From a virus (Duplodnaviria > Caudoviricetes): a stretch of DNA of 64,000 nt. A program made the position numbers and the translations under genes. Positions within the stretch are counted from its first letter, which is position 1. Each line of letters opens with the position of its first letter. This document shows, piece by piece, positions 47,817 through 57,700 of this stretch. The notes under the pieces were generated by a model. It was given only the letters and a program-made list of their open reading frames with translations. It did no database searches and was not told the DNA's origin. The stretch is from positions 64,001-128,000 of IMG/VR virus record IMGVR_UViG_3300038443_002533. One strand, 5' to 3'.

Positions 47817-48311
47817 ATGTCCAGTACCGACCGGATTTTGCAAATGGTCGTGGCCAAGAATCACCCGACCTATCCCATCACCCCTGATACTGTCGCGTTA
47901 GATGGGATGCTGGTCGACAACGCCAATGACCATAACACCCGTGTCACCATGCGCTCACGCGGCCCCCAGACGGGCTACAGTGGCCAGGTGGACCTGTTCT
48001 ACACCCGGGTCAACTTAACCGCCATGGGCACCATCCAGGCGATTCAAGAAGCCCCGTTCACCATCGATAGTTTACTGGCCAATATCAACGCCAGCAAAAA
48101 TGCCCAGATGACTGCGGAAGATGTCACCAATACCATTTTGCCGGTGACAGAGACGGGCGTCCCGGTGACGATTTTGCTGAGCGCTTCCGATGACTCGCTG
48201 GCTTGGTTGGGCAATACACAGGTAACGATCCTGAATGGGATCCCGGCCAGCGCCCCGGACCTCTTCACGTTTTTGACCCAAACGGCCGCGAGTCTCTTTC
48301 CACAGTCGTAA
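47817..48311 (+). CDS. Fibre-anchor family protein, copy 2
   Basis: HNTRVTM...GYSGQVDLFYTRVNL...AWLGNTQV. Confidence 0.7.
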   Translation: MSSTDRILQMVVAKNHPTYPITPDTVALDGMLVDNANDHNTRVTMRSRGPQTGYSGQVDLFYTRVNLTAMGTIQAIQEAPFTIDSLLANINASKNAQMTAEDVTNTILPVTETGVPVTILLSASDDSLAWLGNTQVTILNGIPASAPDLFTFLTQTAASLFPQS

Positions 48312-48335
48312 TTTCGCCATACAAAAGGAATACGC

Positions 48336-51300
48336 ATGTCTAACATGGACGACCTGATTGCTGGGTTTAAAACGAGCATGCAAATTGCTGGGTTGGTGGC
48401 GGGCGGTGATGCCAATACCGACGTCGACACCCCAGCTGGGAAAATCCCATCGCTGGCCAAGCAGTCGCGCCTGGCCCAAGAGAAGTTCGATGCCCTGACG
48501 GCGCAAGGGAACAACGTACTGCGCACTGACACCCAGGCAACGTACAGCAGCGCCCAACAACAACAAGCGCGCACCAATCTGGGGTTGGATCGCATCAACA
48601 ACACCGCTGACGCCGACAAGCCCATGTCGACGGTGGTGCAAGCTGCCATCAATGATTTGCTGGCGCAGCTGCAAAGCAAAGAATCGACCAGCAACAAAAG
48701 TGTCAAAGATGGTTACGTGGGCTACGAGGGCAATCTGCTTGCGCTCATCAATAACGTCAACAACACCAAGAGCTACCTGATCAACAACGCCACCGCAGGG
48801 CACAACTATAACCTGCCTGACAAGAATGGCACTTTTGCACTGCTGGACGACATCACCGGTACCAACAGCGGGGTGAATACCGGCGACGAGACGACCACCA
48901 CGATTAAGAATAAACTCGGCATCACGACCCTGTCGGGGGTGAATACCGGTGACTTCGATAACGTGGTGGTGGTGGCGAACTCGGCCTCCTTGCCCAACCA
49001 AGGCGTGGCCAAACGGATTTACGTCGATCAAGCGGCCTCGGTGCTGTATTACTGGAATGGTGCGGCGTATTCCCAACTCACCACCCTGATCGCGAATACC
49101 GACTCGGTGGCAGAAGGCAATACCAACAAATACTTCACGCAACTGCGCTCGATCCAATCGGTGCTCAGCAATTACGTGAATGGCGTGAGTGGTGCGGTTA
49201 GTAGCGGCGATACGGTGGTCAATGCCATCAGTAAGCTGCAAACCCAGATCAACAACGCCATCAACGACTATACCGCCAAACTGGTCACCAAAGAAGATCT
49301 GGCCAACAAGGTCACTGACTTCAGCGTAGTGAACGATACGCTGTACCCCAGTGTGCAAGCGGTCAAGACCTATGCTGATGCTCTGGTGGCAGGGGTCCTG
49401 AAAGACTGCGGTAACTGGAATGCCTCGACCAATCAATTCCCGACCAACGGCGGCACGGGCTTGAATGGTGCGATTCGCAAAGGCAATCTGTGGTATGTGG
49501 CAGTCGCCGGGACCTTGGGTGGCATCCCGGTCAACGTCGGTGACGCGTTCCGTGCATTGGTCGATGGCCCGGGCCAGACGGCATCCAACTGGGCGGTGCT
49601 GGAATCGAACCTGGGTTATGTGCCGTACAACTCGACCAACCCGGCGGGCTACATCTCGGGTATCACCGGCCCGATGGTGACCGCAGCACTGGGTTACACG
49701 CCCCTGAAGACCACCGACAAGAACGCGAACAACGGTGTGGTGGGGACGACTGGGTTCAAGATCAACTTCATCAATAACCTCGGCACCGTCACGTCGTTCC
49801 TCAGCACGGATGCTACGCAAGCCCGCACCTACAACTTCCCAGACAAAGATGGCACCGTGGCGATGCTGTCTGATATCACCGGTACTTCGTCTGGGGTGAA
49901 TACGGGCGATGAGACCCAAGCCAGTATTTTACAAAAGCTGGGTGCCACCCAAGTGACGGGTTCCAACACGGGCGACCAAACCATCACCTTGACCGGCGAT
50001 GTCACGGGTTCTGGTACGGGTAGCTTCGCAGCAACGATTCAACCCAATAGCGTGACGTTGGCCAAGATGACCCAGATCGCTACCGGCATGTTGCTGGGGC
50101 GCGCCAGTGCCGGCTCGGGTAATGTCGAAACCTTGACCGCCACCCAAGTCAAGGCGTTGATGAGCTTGGACCAAGTCAACAACACCAGTGACGCCAACAA
50201 GCCGGTGAGCACAGCGCAACAGACTGCTCTGAACCTGAAAGAAAACCTCAGCAACAAAGCAACCGATTTCAGCACGATCGACAACGTCAAGTACCCGACC
50301 ACGTCGGCCGTCAAGAACTACATGGATGGACGTTTGACCAGTGTGGTGGTTGATTGCGGTAGTTGGGATGCCTCGACCGGTAGCTATCCATCGACGGGTG
50401 GTACTGGTACCGCAGGGGCGATCAAGAAGGGTAACCTGTTCTTCATCTCGGTGGCCGGCAATATCGGCGGCACGCAGCTGGGGGTCGGTGACTCGATCCG
50501 CGCTTTGGTGGACAGCCCCGGTCAAGTGAATAGCAACTGGGATGCGCTGGAAACTAACATCGGCTACGTGCCCTACAATGCTTCCAACCCGGCTGGGTAC
50601 CTCTCAGCGATTACGGCCGCGATGGTCACGGGTGCACTGGGGTATACGCCCCTGTCCCCCAACAGCGTCAATGCGGCTGGCGGCGTGGTTGGGATGTCGG
50701 GTTACAAAGTCACTTTCGTCAATAACGCCGGTACGGTGACCTCGACCCTGGAAAACACCAACACCTCGCCGCGCGCCTATGTGTTGCCAGATAAGAGTGG
50801 TACGGTGGCGATGTTGTCGGACATCACGGGTATCAACTCGGGCACCAACACCGGTGACGAAACCGCGACCACGATCAAATCGAAGTTGGGCATCACCACG
50901 CTGTCCGGTAGCAATACTGGTGATGAAACCCAAGGGTCGATTTTGTCGAAGTTGGGGGCGACCGCCGTCAGTGGCTCCAATACCGGGGATGAGACGCAGG
51001 CCTCGATTGTCACCAAGCTGGGTTACACGCCGGTCAATAAGAGCGGCGACAGCATGACTGGCGTCTTGAACTTTGCGGCTGGGGTGAGTTTGGGGGCAGC
51101 GTCGACGGTGAACCTGGATTCGGTGACCAGCAACGTGGTGGAAATCACTGGCACTACCACGATCAATTCGTTGTTGCTGGCCGACGGTCACATGCGGTTC
51201 CTGCACTTCTCGGCCAGTCTGACGTTGAAGAACACGGCGTCACTGGTGTTGCCAACTGGTCAAGACATTGTCACGCAAGCCGGTGACTGGGCGGTGGTGG

Positions 51301-51713
51301 TCGGTCGGGCGTCGAACGTGGTGCAGTGCTTGCATTATCTGCCGATCTCGGGTCTGCCGATCTTTGGTAATGCCCGTGAGAAGGTGCGTAACATCACGGC
51401 GAATACCGCAGCCACCATCATCGACCTGAACAACGGCGACGGCGCTACGGTGTTTAAAGTGACGATTGCCGCCAACACCACGATCACCTTCACCAATCCG
51501 CCACCTGCGCCGAACGGGGAGATCTTCAACTTCACCCTGATCACCATTAACGATGGCACCGGTGGCCGCGCCATGAGTTTCGGTAACCCGATGCAGTGGG
51601 CTGGTGGGAATCTGCCACCGCGCACCACGACGGCGAACGCCAAGGATGTGTGGGCGTTTTATGTGGATGGTGGGGTCTACGGTGGCGCGTTGTCGATCGA
51701 CGATCAACGTTAA
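48336..51713 (+). CDS. Long tail fibre with internal tandem modules
   Basis: 1125 aa Gly/Thr/Asn-rich; repeated LPDK.GT.A.L.DITG..SG.NTGDET (x3) and DCG.W.AST...GAI.KG (x2); C-terminal adaptor-like domain. Confidence 0.8.
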   Translation: MSNMDDLIAGFKTSMQIAGLVAGGDANTDVDTPAGKIPSLAKQSRLAQEKFDALTAQGNNVLRTDTQATYSSAQQQQARTNLGLDRINNTADADKPMSTVVQAAINDLLAQLQSKESTSNKSVKDGYVGYEGNLLALINNVNNTKSYLINNATAGHNYNLPDKNGTFALLDDITGTNSGVNTGDETTTTIKNKLGITTLSGVNTGDFDNVVVVANSASLPNQGVAKRIYVDQAASVLYYWNGAAYSQLTTLIANTDSVAEGNTNKYFTQLRSIQSVLSNYVNGVSGAVSSGDTVVNAISKLQTQINNAINDYTAKLVTKEDLANKVTDFSVVNDTLYPSVQAVKTYADALVAGVLKDCGNWNASTNQFPTNGGTGLNGAIRKGNLWYVAVAGTLGGIPVNVGDAFRALVDGPGQTASNWAVLESNLGYVPYNSTNPAGYISGITGPMVTAALGYTPLKTTDKNANNGVVGTTGFKINFINNLGTVTSFLSTDATQARTYNFPDKDGTVAMLSDITGTSSGVNTGDETQASILQKLGATQVTGSNTGDQTITLTGDVTGSGTGSFAATIQPNSVTLAKMTQIATGMLLGRASAGSGNVETLTATQVKALMSLDQVNNTSDANKPVSTAQQTALNLKENLSNKATDFSTIDNVKYPTTSAVKNYMDGRLTSVVVDCGSWDASTGSYPSTGGTGTAGAIKKGNLFFISVAGNIGGTQLGVGDSIRALVDSPGQVNSNWDALETNIGYVPYNASNPAGYLSAITAAMVTGALGYTPLSPNSVNAAGGVVGMSGYKVTFVNNAGTVTSTLENTNTSPRAYVLPDKSGTVAMLSDITGINSGTNTGDETATTIKSKLGITTLSGSNTGDETQGSILSKLGATAVSGSNTGDETQASIVTKLGYTPVNKSGDSMTGVLNFAAGVSLGAASTVNLDSVTSNVVEITGTTTINSLLLADGHMRFLHFSASLTLKNTASLVLPTGQDIVTQAGDWAVVVGRASNVVQCLHYLPISGLPIFGNAREKVRNITANTAATIIDLNNGDGATVFKVTIAANTTITFTNPPPAPNGEIFNFTLITINDGTGGRAMSFGNPMQWAGGNLPPRTTTANAKDVWAFYVDGGVYGGALSIDDQR

Positions 51714-51757
51714 CAGGAGCATGGGGTAGTTACCCCATGTCTTCGCTTGAGGTAATT

Positions 51758-52648
51758 ATGCCATTGTCAACACGATTACGTTATGAAAAGACGTTGCGTG
51801 CCAACAAAAACGTCAGCACGTTCAATGCGCCTGGGACGTACCAAGTTCCCTATGGACGTGGCTTGGTGAAGGTGGGTGGCCGTGGTGGGTCGGGCAACCC
51901 GCCGTCAGGCGGCAATGTCGCGAGTTATAATTCACCCACTCCCGGCAACATCGCGAATTACAATAGCCCGACGCCGGGTAACTACGCGGGGACCAATCCT
52001 GCCTCGGGTGGAAATGCCGCGGGGTACAATCCCGTGGTGCCCGGAAATGCCGTGACCACACCAGGCAACTACGTACCCGCTTCGTACACGCCGGGTAACA
52101 CCAATCCTGGATCGTATTCCAATGGCAACTATGTGCCGGAGTCGTACAGTGAGGTGGACGTCGCGATGACCCAGAACTGCCCGGGTGGATGGGATGTGGG
52201 GTATTCGTACGATGATAACGGCCATCCGTTTAAAGTCTGTACTCTCACGACCCCTGCGTACACCAACCCTGGCACCTACACGGCTGGCAACACCAATCCG
52301 GGCTCGTATGCGCCCGCGTACACCAATCCCACGGTGACGAATTACAACCCGTCCTCGGGCGGGAATCTGTACTACAACCCGTATTATCCCGCCACGCCGT
52401 ATTACAACCCATCCACACCAGGGACGGCCAACTATAACCCGGATACTCCCGGGACAGCGAACTACAACCCGTTCGTGCCTGGAAATGTTGGACAGGCGAT
52501 GACGGTGGCCGGTGTCACGTTCCCCGGCGGCGCCGTCGGTGCGCTGGCGCCGACCATCAGTCCGGCGCCGTCTAACATGTCGTATTCGTCCAATGGCGTA
52601 TCGATCGATGTGGCTCCAGGCGGGTATGTCACTATCACACCGATTTAA
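51758..52648 (+). CDS. Gly/Pro/Asn/Tyr-rich putative adhesin
   Basis: ATG 51758 with SD GAGG; YNP/TPG/TNPG repeats flanking a central C-x19-C loop. Confidence 0.7.
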   Translation: MPLSTRLRYEKTLRANKNVSTFNAPGTYQVPYGRGLVKVGGRGGSGNPPSGGNVASYNSPTPGNIANYNSPTPGNYAGTNPASGGNAAGYNPVVPGNAVTTPGNYVPASYTPGNTNPGSYSNGNYVPESYSEVDVAMTQNCPGGWDVGYSYDDNGHPFKVCTLTTPAYTNPGTYTAGNTNPGSYAPAYTNPTVTNYNPSSGGNLYYNPYYPATPYYNPSTPGTANYNPDTPGTANYNPFVPGNVGQAMTVAGVTFPGGAVGALAPTISPAPSNMSYSSNGVSIDVAPGGYVTITPI

Positions 52649-52659
52649 AGGAAAGAAAC

Positions 52660-53580
52660 ATGCTTAACGCAACCTGGTACCTCGTGTGCGACATGCGCTC
52701 CAAAGTCGCCCACGATCTCATCCAACTCGATAATACCTGGGGGACTGTCACCGGTATGCTGGGCCAAAGTGACGATAACCTCGAACACTTTTACCTGTGG
52801 GCCACCAATCACCAAGGCATCAGCTTCATGCCGATCGACCGGGCCCGATCGGTGGGGGTGACAGAAGACAGCATCACCCAAGCCATTGCCACAGCCCAAC
52901 CAGCCGTACTGGCGTGGCTGCGTTCGATGCGCGATCCGCTGCTGCGCGCCACTGACAGCATCATGAGTGTGGACCGCTGGAATGCGCTGGATGTGGTCGC
53001 CCAAGCCCAAGTGGCGGCGTACCGCCAAGCCCTGCGTGATGTCACCAATGCGCCGGACCCGCTCAACGTGACGTGGCCCCCGATTCCGCCGGCGCTGGAC
53101 AGTTTGCGCACGTTCGATTTGAACAGCCTCCCGCGCCCGAGTGTCGCCTTTGCCCAGATGCTGATCAATCCGTTTCCCCCACTGACCTTGGCCCAGCAAC
53201 GCACCAACCAATGCTTGCGGATTAAAGAGCTGCGCGATAAGCGTAAATCCGGTGGGGTGAAAGTGTCGGTCGGCGGGGTGCCCTATTGGTTTCACACCGA
53301 CGATGCCAGTCGCGCGCAATATGCCCTGATGGATGGCATTGCGATCCGTAATTCGTTGCCCGCTGATTACACCTTGGAAGCGGGTTGGAAAACCATGTCG
53401 GGGGATTATGTACCGTTCACGGTCGGCACGCTGCACGCGGTCATCAGTGCTGGTTTTGCCAACGAGACTGCGGTTTTTAACGTGGCGAAAAACCACTCAA
53501 CCAACGTCATGAATTCGACCGCTCCCGAAACCTATGACTACAGCACCGGGTGGCCGACGATGTACAGTGACACCCTGTAA
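52660..53580 (+). CDS. Tail fibre assembly chaperone (phage tail assembly chaperone domain plus DUF4376-like domain)
   Basis: RDPLLRATD...YRQALRDVT...WPPIP; ELRDKR..GGV...WFHTD..SR..WKTMSG. Confidence 0.8.
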   Translation: MLNATWYLVCDMRSKVAHDLIQLDNTWGTVTGMLGQSDDNLEHFYLWATNHQGISFMPIDRARSVGVTEDSITQAIATAQPAVLAWLRSMRDPLLRATDSIMSVDRWNALDVVAQAQVAAYRQALRDVTNAPDPLNVTWPPIPPALDSLRTFDLNSLPRPSVAFAQMLINPFPPLTLAQQRTNQCLRIKELRDKRKSGGVKVSVGGVPYWFHTDDASRAQYALMDGIAIRNSLPADYTLEAGWKTMSGDYVPFTVGTLHAVISAGFANETAVFNVAKNHSTNVMNSTAPETYDYSTGWPTMYSDTL

Positions 53581-53608
53581 TTTGCACGCATAATCAAAAA
53601 GGTCTAAC

Positions 53609-54100
53609 ATGTCCAAAACGATTCGAGTGTATTTCTACAAAGCGATCCGCCCTGGCATGGCAGGTATCTATAGCCACGGGGTGCGGTTGATCACCAAATC
53701 GATCTATTCGCACTGCGAAATCCAATTTAGCGATGGGATGGCGGCGTCGTCCTCATTCATCGATAAAGGGGTGCGTTTTGCCCAGATCGAGTTCGATCCC
53801 GACCACTGGGATTGTATCGAACTGCCGGCCGAGTTGTTTGAAACCAAAGCGCGGCAATGGTTCCAAGACCATCTGGGGCAGCCGTATGACTTGCTCGGTA
53901 ACATCCACTTCCTGTTCAGCGTGGTGGGCGACGACAAGCGCAAATGGTTCTGCTCGGAAGCGGTCGGTGCAGCGCTCGGGTTGCCCAATTCCTGGCGTTT
54001 CGATCCGGGTACGCTGTACCAGGCAGTGCAATGGTTGGCCACCAGTTTGCAACGGCAAACCATCACGCAACTGCCCGTGACGGATTGGGCGGCAGCGTAA
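53609..54100 (+). CDS. Permuted papain-like NlpC/P60 amidase (YaeF/YiiX type)
   Basis: YSHCE before GQPYD and KWFCSE. Confidence 0.82.
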   Translation: MSKTIRVYFYKAIRPGMAGIYSHGVRLITKSIYSHCEIQFSDGMAASSSFIDKGVRFAQIEFDPDHWDCIELPAELFETKARQWFQDHLGQPYDLLGNIHFLFSVVGDDKRKWFCSEAVGAALGLPNSWRFDPGTLYQAVQWLATSLQRQTITQLPVTDWAAA

Positions 54101-54118
54101 GCAAAAAACTCATGACAG

Positions 54119-54163
54119 CATACTCGGGTCAGGCGGACAACCGCCTGACCCGATGTGCATATG
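54119..54163. terminator. Stem-loop flanked by CATA and TGTGC/TATG
   Basis: 13-bp stem 54124-54136/54141-54153. Confidence 0.7.
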
Positions 54164-54225
54164 TCTCTTCCGGCTTTGAATTATGGTATGTCCATGAGGT
54201 AAATTAATATTTATTTGAGGGTTTC

Positions 54226-54732
54226 ATGACCGATACCTCCGTGCCGGCGATCACGGCCAAGCAAGAATTGATCGACTTAATTAACCATGACAATCACACC
54301 ACCCTGACGGTGGATGATGTCACGTTTTCTGCCCCGACCATCGTCAATTACCAAGGGCGCAATACCCAAGTGACGGTGAGTGCCAACCCCAACAGCGCGT
54401 TGAGCGGCAGCATGAATGTGTTCTATAACCGTCTCGCGGTATCGGGATTGGGTTATATCGGGGTGGTCAGTGCGGATGCGATTACCCCTGAAGAATTCCT
54501 CGCCATGGTCAGTGCCAACAAAGGCATTGACTTGCTGGCGGAAGAATTCGAGCCATTCTTGGTGCCCGTCTTAGAGATCGGGACGGTGGGTCAAATCGCC
54601 CTGGTGGCCAAAACCACCGCCATCAAGTGGTATGGCCAAACCACCGCGGATTACACCTTTAACCTGCCGCCCGAACTGGCCTTACTGAGCGAGTTGGTTA
54701 ACATCACCCTTCCCTCCCAGGGCTATTTATAA
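54226..54732 (+). CDS. Fibre-anchor family protein, copy 3
   Basis: LIDLINHDN...DDVTFSAP...RNTQVTVSA...LSGSMNVFYNRL. Confidence 0.72.
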   Translation: MTDTSVPAITAKQELIDLINHDNHTTLTVDDVTFSAPTIVNYQGRNTQVTVSANPNSALSGSMNVFYNRLAVSGLGYIGVVSADAITPEEFLAMVSANKGIDLLAEEFEPFLVPVLEIGTVGQIALVAKTTAIKWYGQTTADYTFNLPPELALLSELVNITLPSQGYL

Positions 54733-54756
54733 CCTTGCATTTGCAAAGGATTTCCC

Positions 54757-57700
54757 ATGTCACTCAATGACGCGATTAATCAAGGTATCGCCGATTTTGA
54801 TAAACTCCATCAAATTCTGCACGGTGATGCCAATACCTCGGTGATCACCGATGGCGGTCCGGTGCCAACCGTGGCCAAAACCATCGGCGGTATCTACGGC
54901 AAGATCCTCGACACGCTGGGTGCCGAGAGCACGTCCACCCTCACAGTGGGACTGGGTCTGCAATCGCTGACCATCCCCAATGACAAATCCTTCCAACCGG
55001 GTCAGTACATCACCGTCGCCAACAGCGGTGGCGACAAGGTCATGTTCGGTCCGGTCGTCAGCTACCAAGACACGCTGCTGCTCCTGAACGTGGTCAACAC
55101 CGTCGGCTCCGGCACGGATACCGCTTGGATCGTCACGGTCTCGGGGCCGTCGGGTCGCACCGGCGCCAGCGCGTATGAGGACGCGGTTCTCAACCTCGGC
55201 TTCGTCGGTTCGAAAACCGACTGGCTCAACAGCCTGAAAGGTAAGGACGGGCGGGACGGTAACGATGGTTTGCAAGGCGTGCGCGGTAAGACCGCCTACG
55301 AAGTCGCCCAACAAAACGGTTACAACGATACCGAGCAAGCTTGGTTGCTCAGCCTGAAAGGCCCCCAGGGCGCCAAAGGTAACGACGGTCTGAACGGTAA
55401 GTCGGCCTACCAAAGTGCGCTGGACAATGGTTTTGTCGGCTCGGAAGCGGACTGGATGATCAGTCTGAAAGGTCAAGCGGGTATCGACGGTAAGTCGGCG
55501 TATGAACTCGCGACTGACAACGGCTTTGTCGGCACCACGAACGACTGGCTGGATTCGATCAAGGGTAAAGACGGCCGCAGCCTCACGATCCGTGGCACGC
55601 TGGCCGACCAAGCCAGTCTGCCCTCTGGTGCTGCACTGGGTGACGCCTATGTCGTCAGTGGCGATATCTGGGTGAATGGCGACAGCGGTTGGTTCAACGC
55701 CGGTCAATTCCTCGGGGTGGCAGGTCAGAATGGCCGCTCGGCTTATCAGGTCGCAGTCGACAACGGTTTCGTCGGCGATGAACAAACCTGGCTGACCAGC
55801 CTGAAGGGCGCCCAAGGCGACCAAGGTGTGAAGGGCGATACCGGTAAGAGTGCCTACCAGCTCGCCGCTGACAACGGTTTCAGTGGCACCACGATCGAGT
55901 GGCTCGCCAGCCTCAAGGGTCCGAAAGGTGATACTGGTGCGGCAGGGTCGGGCGGTAGTGGTGGCGGCATGGGAGCGTCGGAGAAAATCTTCACGGACTC
56001 CACCACCATCACACCGACCTCGCTGGACGGTTCGGTCAACAATGTCTTCACGATCAAAGTGACGGCGGACTTTGTGATCCCGCCGATCGTCAACGCGATC
56101 TCCGGTCAGAATTACCTGATCGTGCTGATGCAAGACATCGCCGGTAACCACAAGGTCACCAAAGACCGTTTGTACAAATTCAGCAACAACGTTGACCCGC
56201 AGTTCTCGACCTCGGGTTCGGCCATCGACTTGCTGCAAACCACGGCGTCGGCGTCGGGTTTCTTCTACAGCCGTTTCTTCGGCGGCTTTACGACCACCGG
56301 CATCGCACGCATCGCAAGCACCGCCTACGATACCATGGCACTGGCTGGTGCGGCGGCCAAAGACGGCGATCTGATTTACGTCACCCGTTCGGGCCAGATG
56401 AGCGAATGTACGGTGCCGATGCTCAACCCGGGCTACTACACCATCGCAGGTGACCCGGCGGTGGCCGGCGTACCGACCCTGAAGGTGGACAATACCGTGC
56501 ACCTGGCCTGGTCGAAAGGTATCATCAACGTCGAAGCGGGCCATGTCACGGTGCGTGACCTGAAGCTGGTCGGGGCCTGGACGTCGGACTTGAGCGGCGC
56601 GGCAATCCGTCACAACCCGGGCGTGCAGTACCTGCGCATGGAACGTCTGGTCATCAACAACTGCCAAGACGGTGTGCTGTCAGCCACGCTCGACCCGGCG
56701 AACCGGATCAGCAACGGTTACACCATTGAGTTGGTGGATTGCATTCTGGATAGCAACGGTCAGGGTACCGACGGTCAATCGCACAACATCTATTTGCAGC
56801 ACTACAACCGTGTGTATGCGCTGCGCACCCGCTTCACCAACGCCTTGTACGGTCACGACTTCAAGACCCGTGCGGACTGGGTGCTGATGGACCGTTGCTA
56901 TTGCAGCGGCGCGGGTAGCCGTGAAGTCGACATCCCGGATGGCGGTGTGTTCCATGCGGTGAACTCGTACTTCATCATGAACGCGAAGACGGGTCAGAAC
57001 AACCTGATCGGTATTGGCCACGAGATTTCCAAAGACGGTGCCAACACCCAGCAAGAATACATCTTCCGTAACTGCTTGCTGCAAAATGACTCGGGCGGTA
57101 ACTTCAGCGAAACGTTCGTGCAGCAGATTAGCACCAGCGTCACGGTATACTTCATCGACTGCGTGTTCCTCACCGCATCGCCCAACCACTGCATCATGGA
57201 TACGCCGTTCCAGCTGGTGTACACCGGCGGCCCGATCGGTCCGGAAGGCTGGGATCAGAGCAAAGGCGGTATCATTCCGAAGCGTGGTACGTACAACACC
57301 TCGGGTGGTAACAGCATCTGGGCGGACAATCTGCAACCGGCAATCATCTACGGCGCAGATCCGACCCTGAATTCGTTCCCGCCGACCGGCTCGACTTCGA
57401 CCCCATCGGTGCGTCCGGAAAATACGGGCCCTGACACGACGCCGCCCGCAGTCTCGCTTGCCTCTTCGGCCAGCACGGTTTCGTCCAGCGGCACCATCAC
57501 GCTGACTGCAAATGCGTCGGACAACGTCGGTGTCGCTGAAGTGGACTTCTACCGCGATGGCGTCAAGATCGGCACAGACAGCGCCGCACCGTACACCTGC
57601 ACGGTGACGCTGAGCAGCTCGGACAACGGTACGCTGACGTTCACGGCTGTGGCCATGGATGCAGCAGGTAACCAAACCACGAGTGCTCCGGTGCAAGTGG

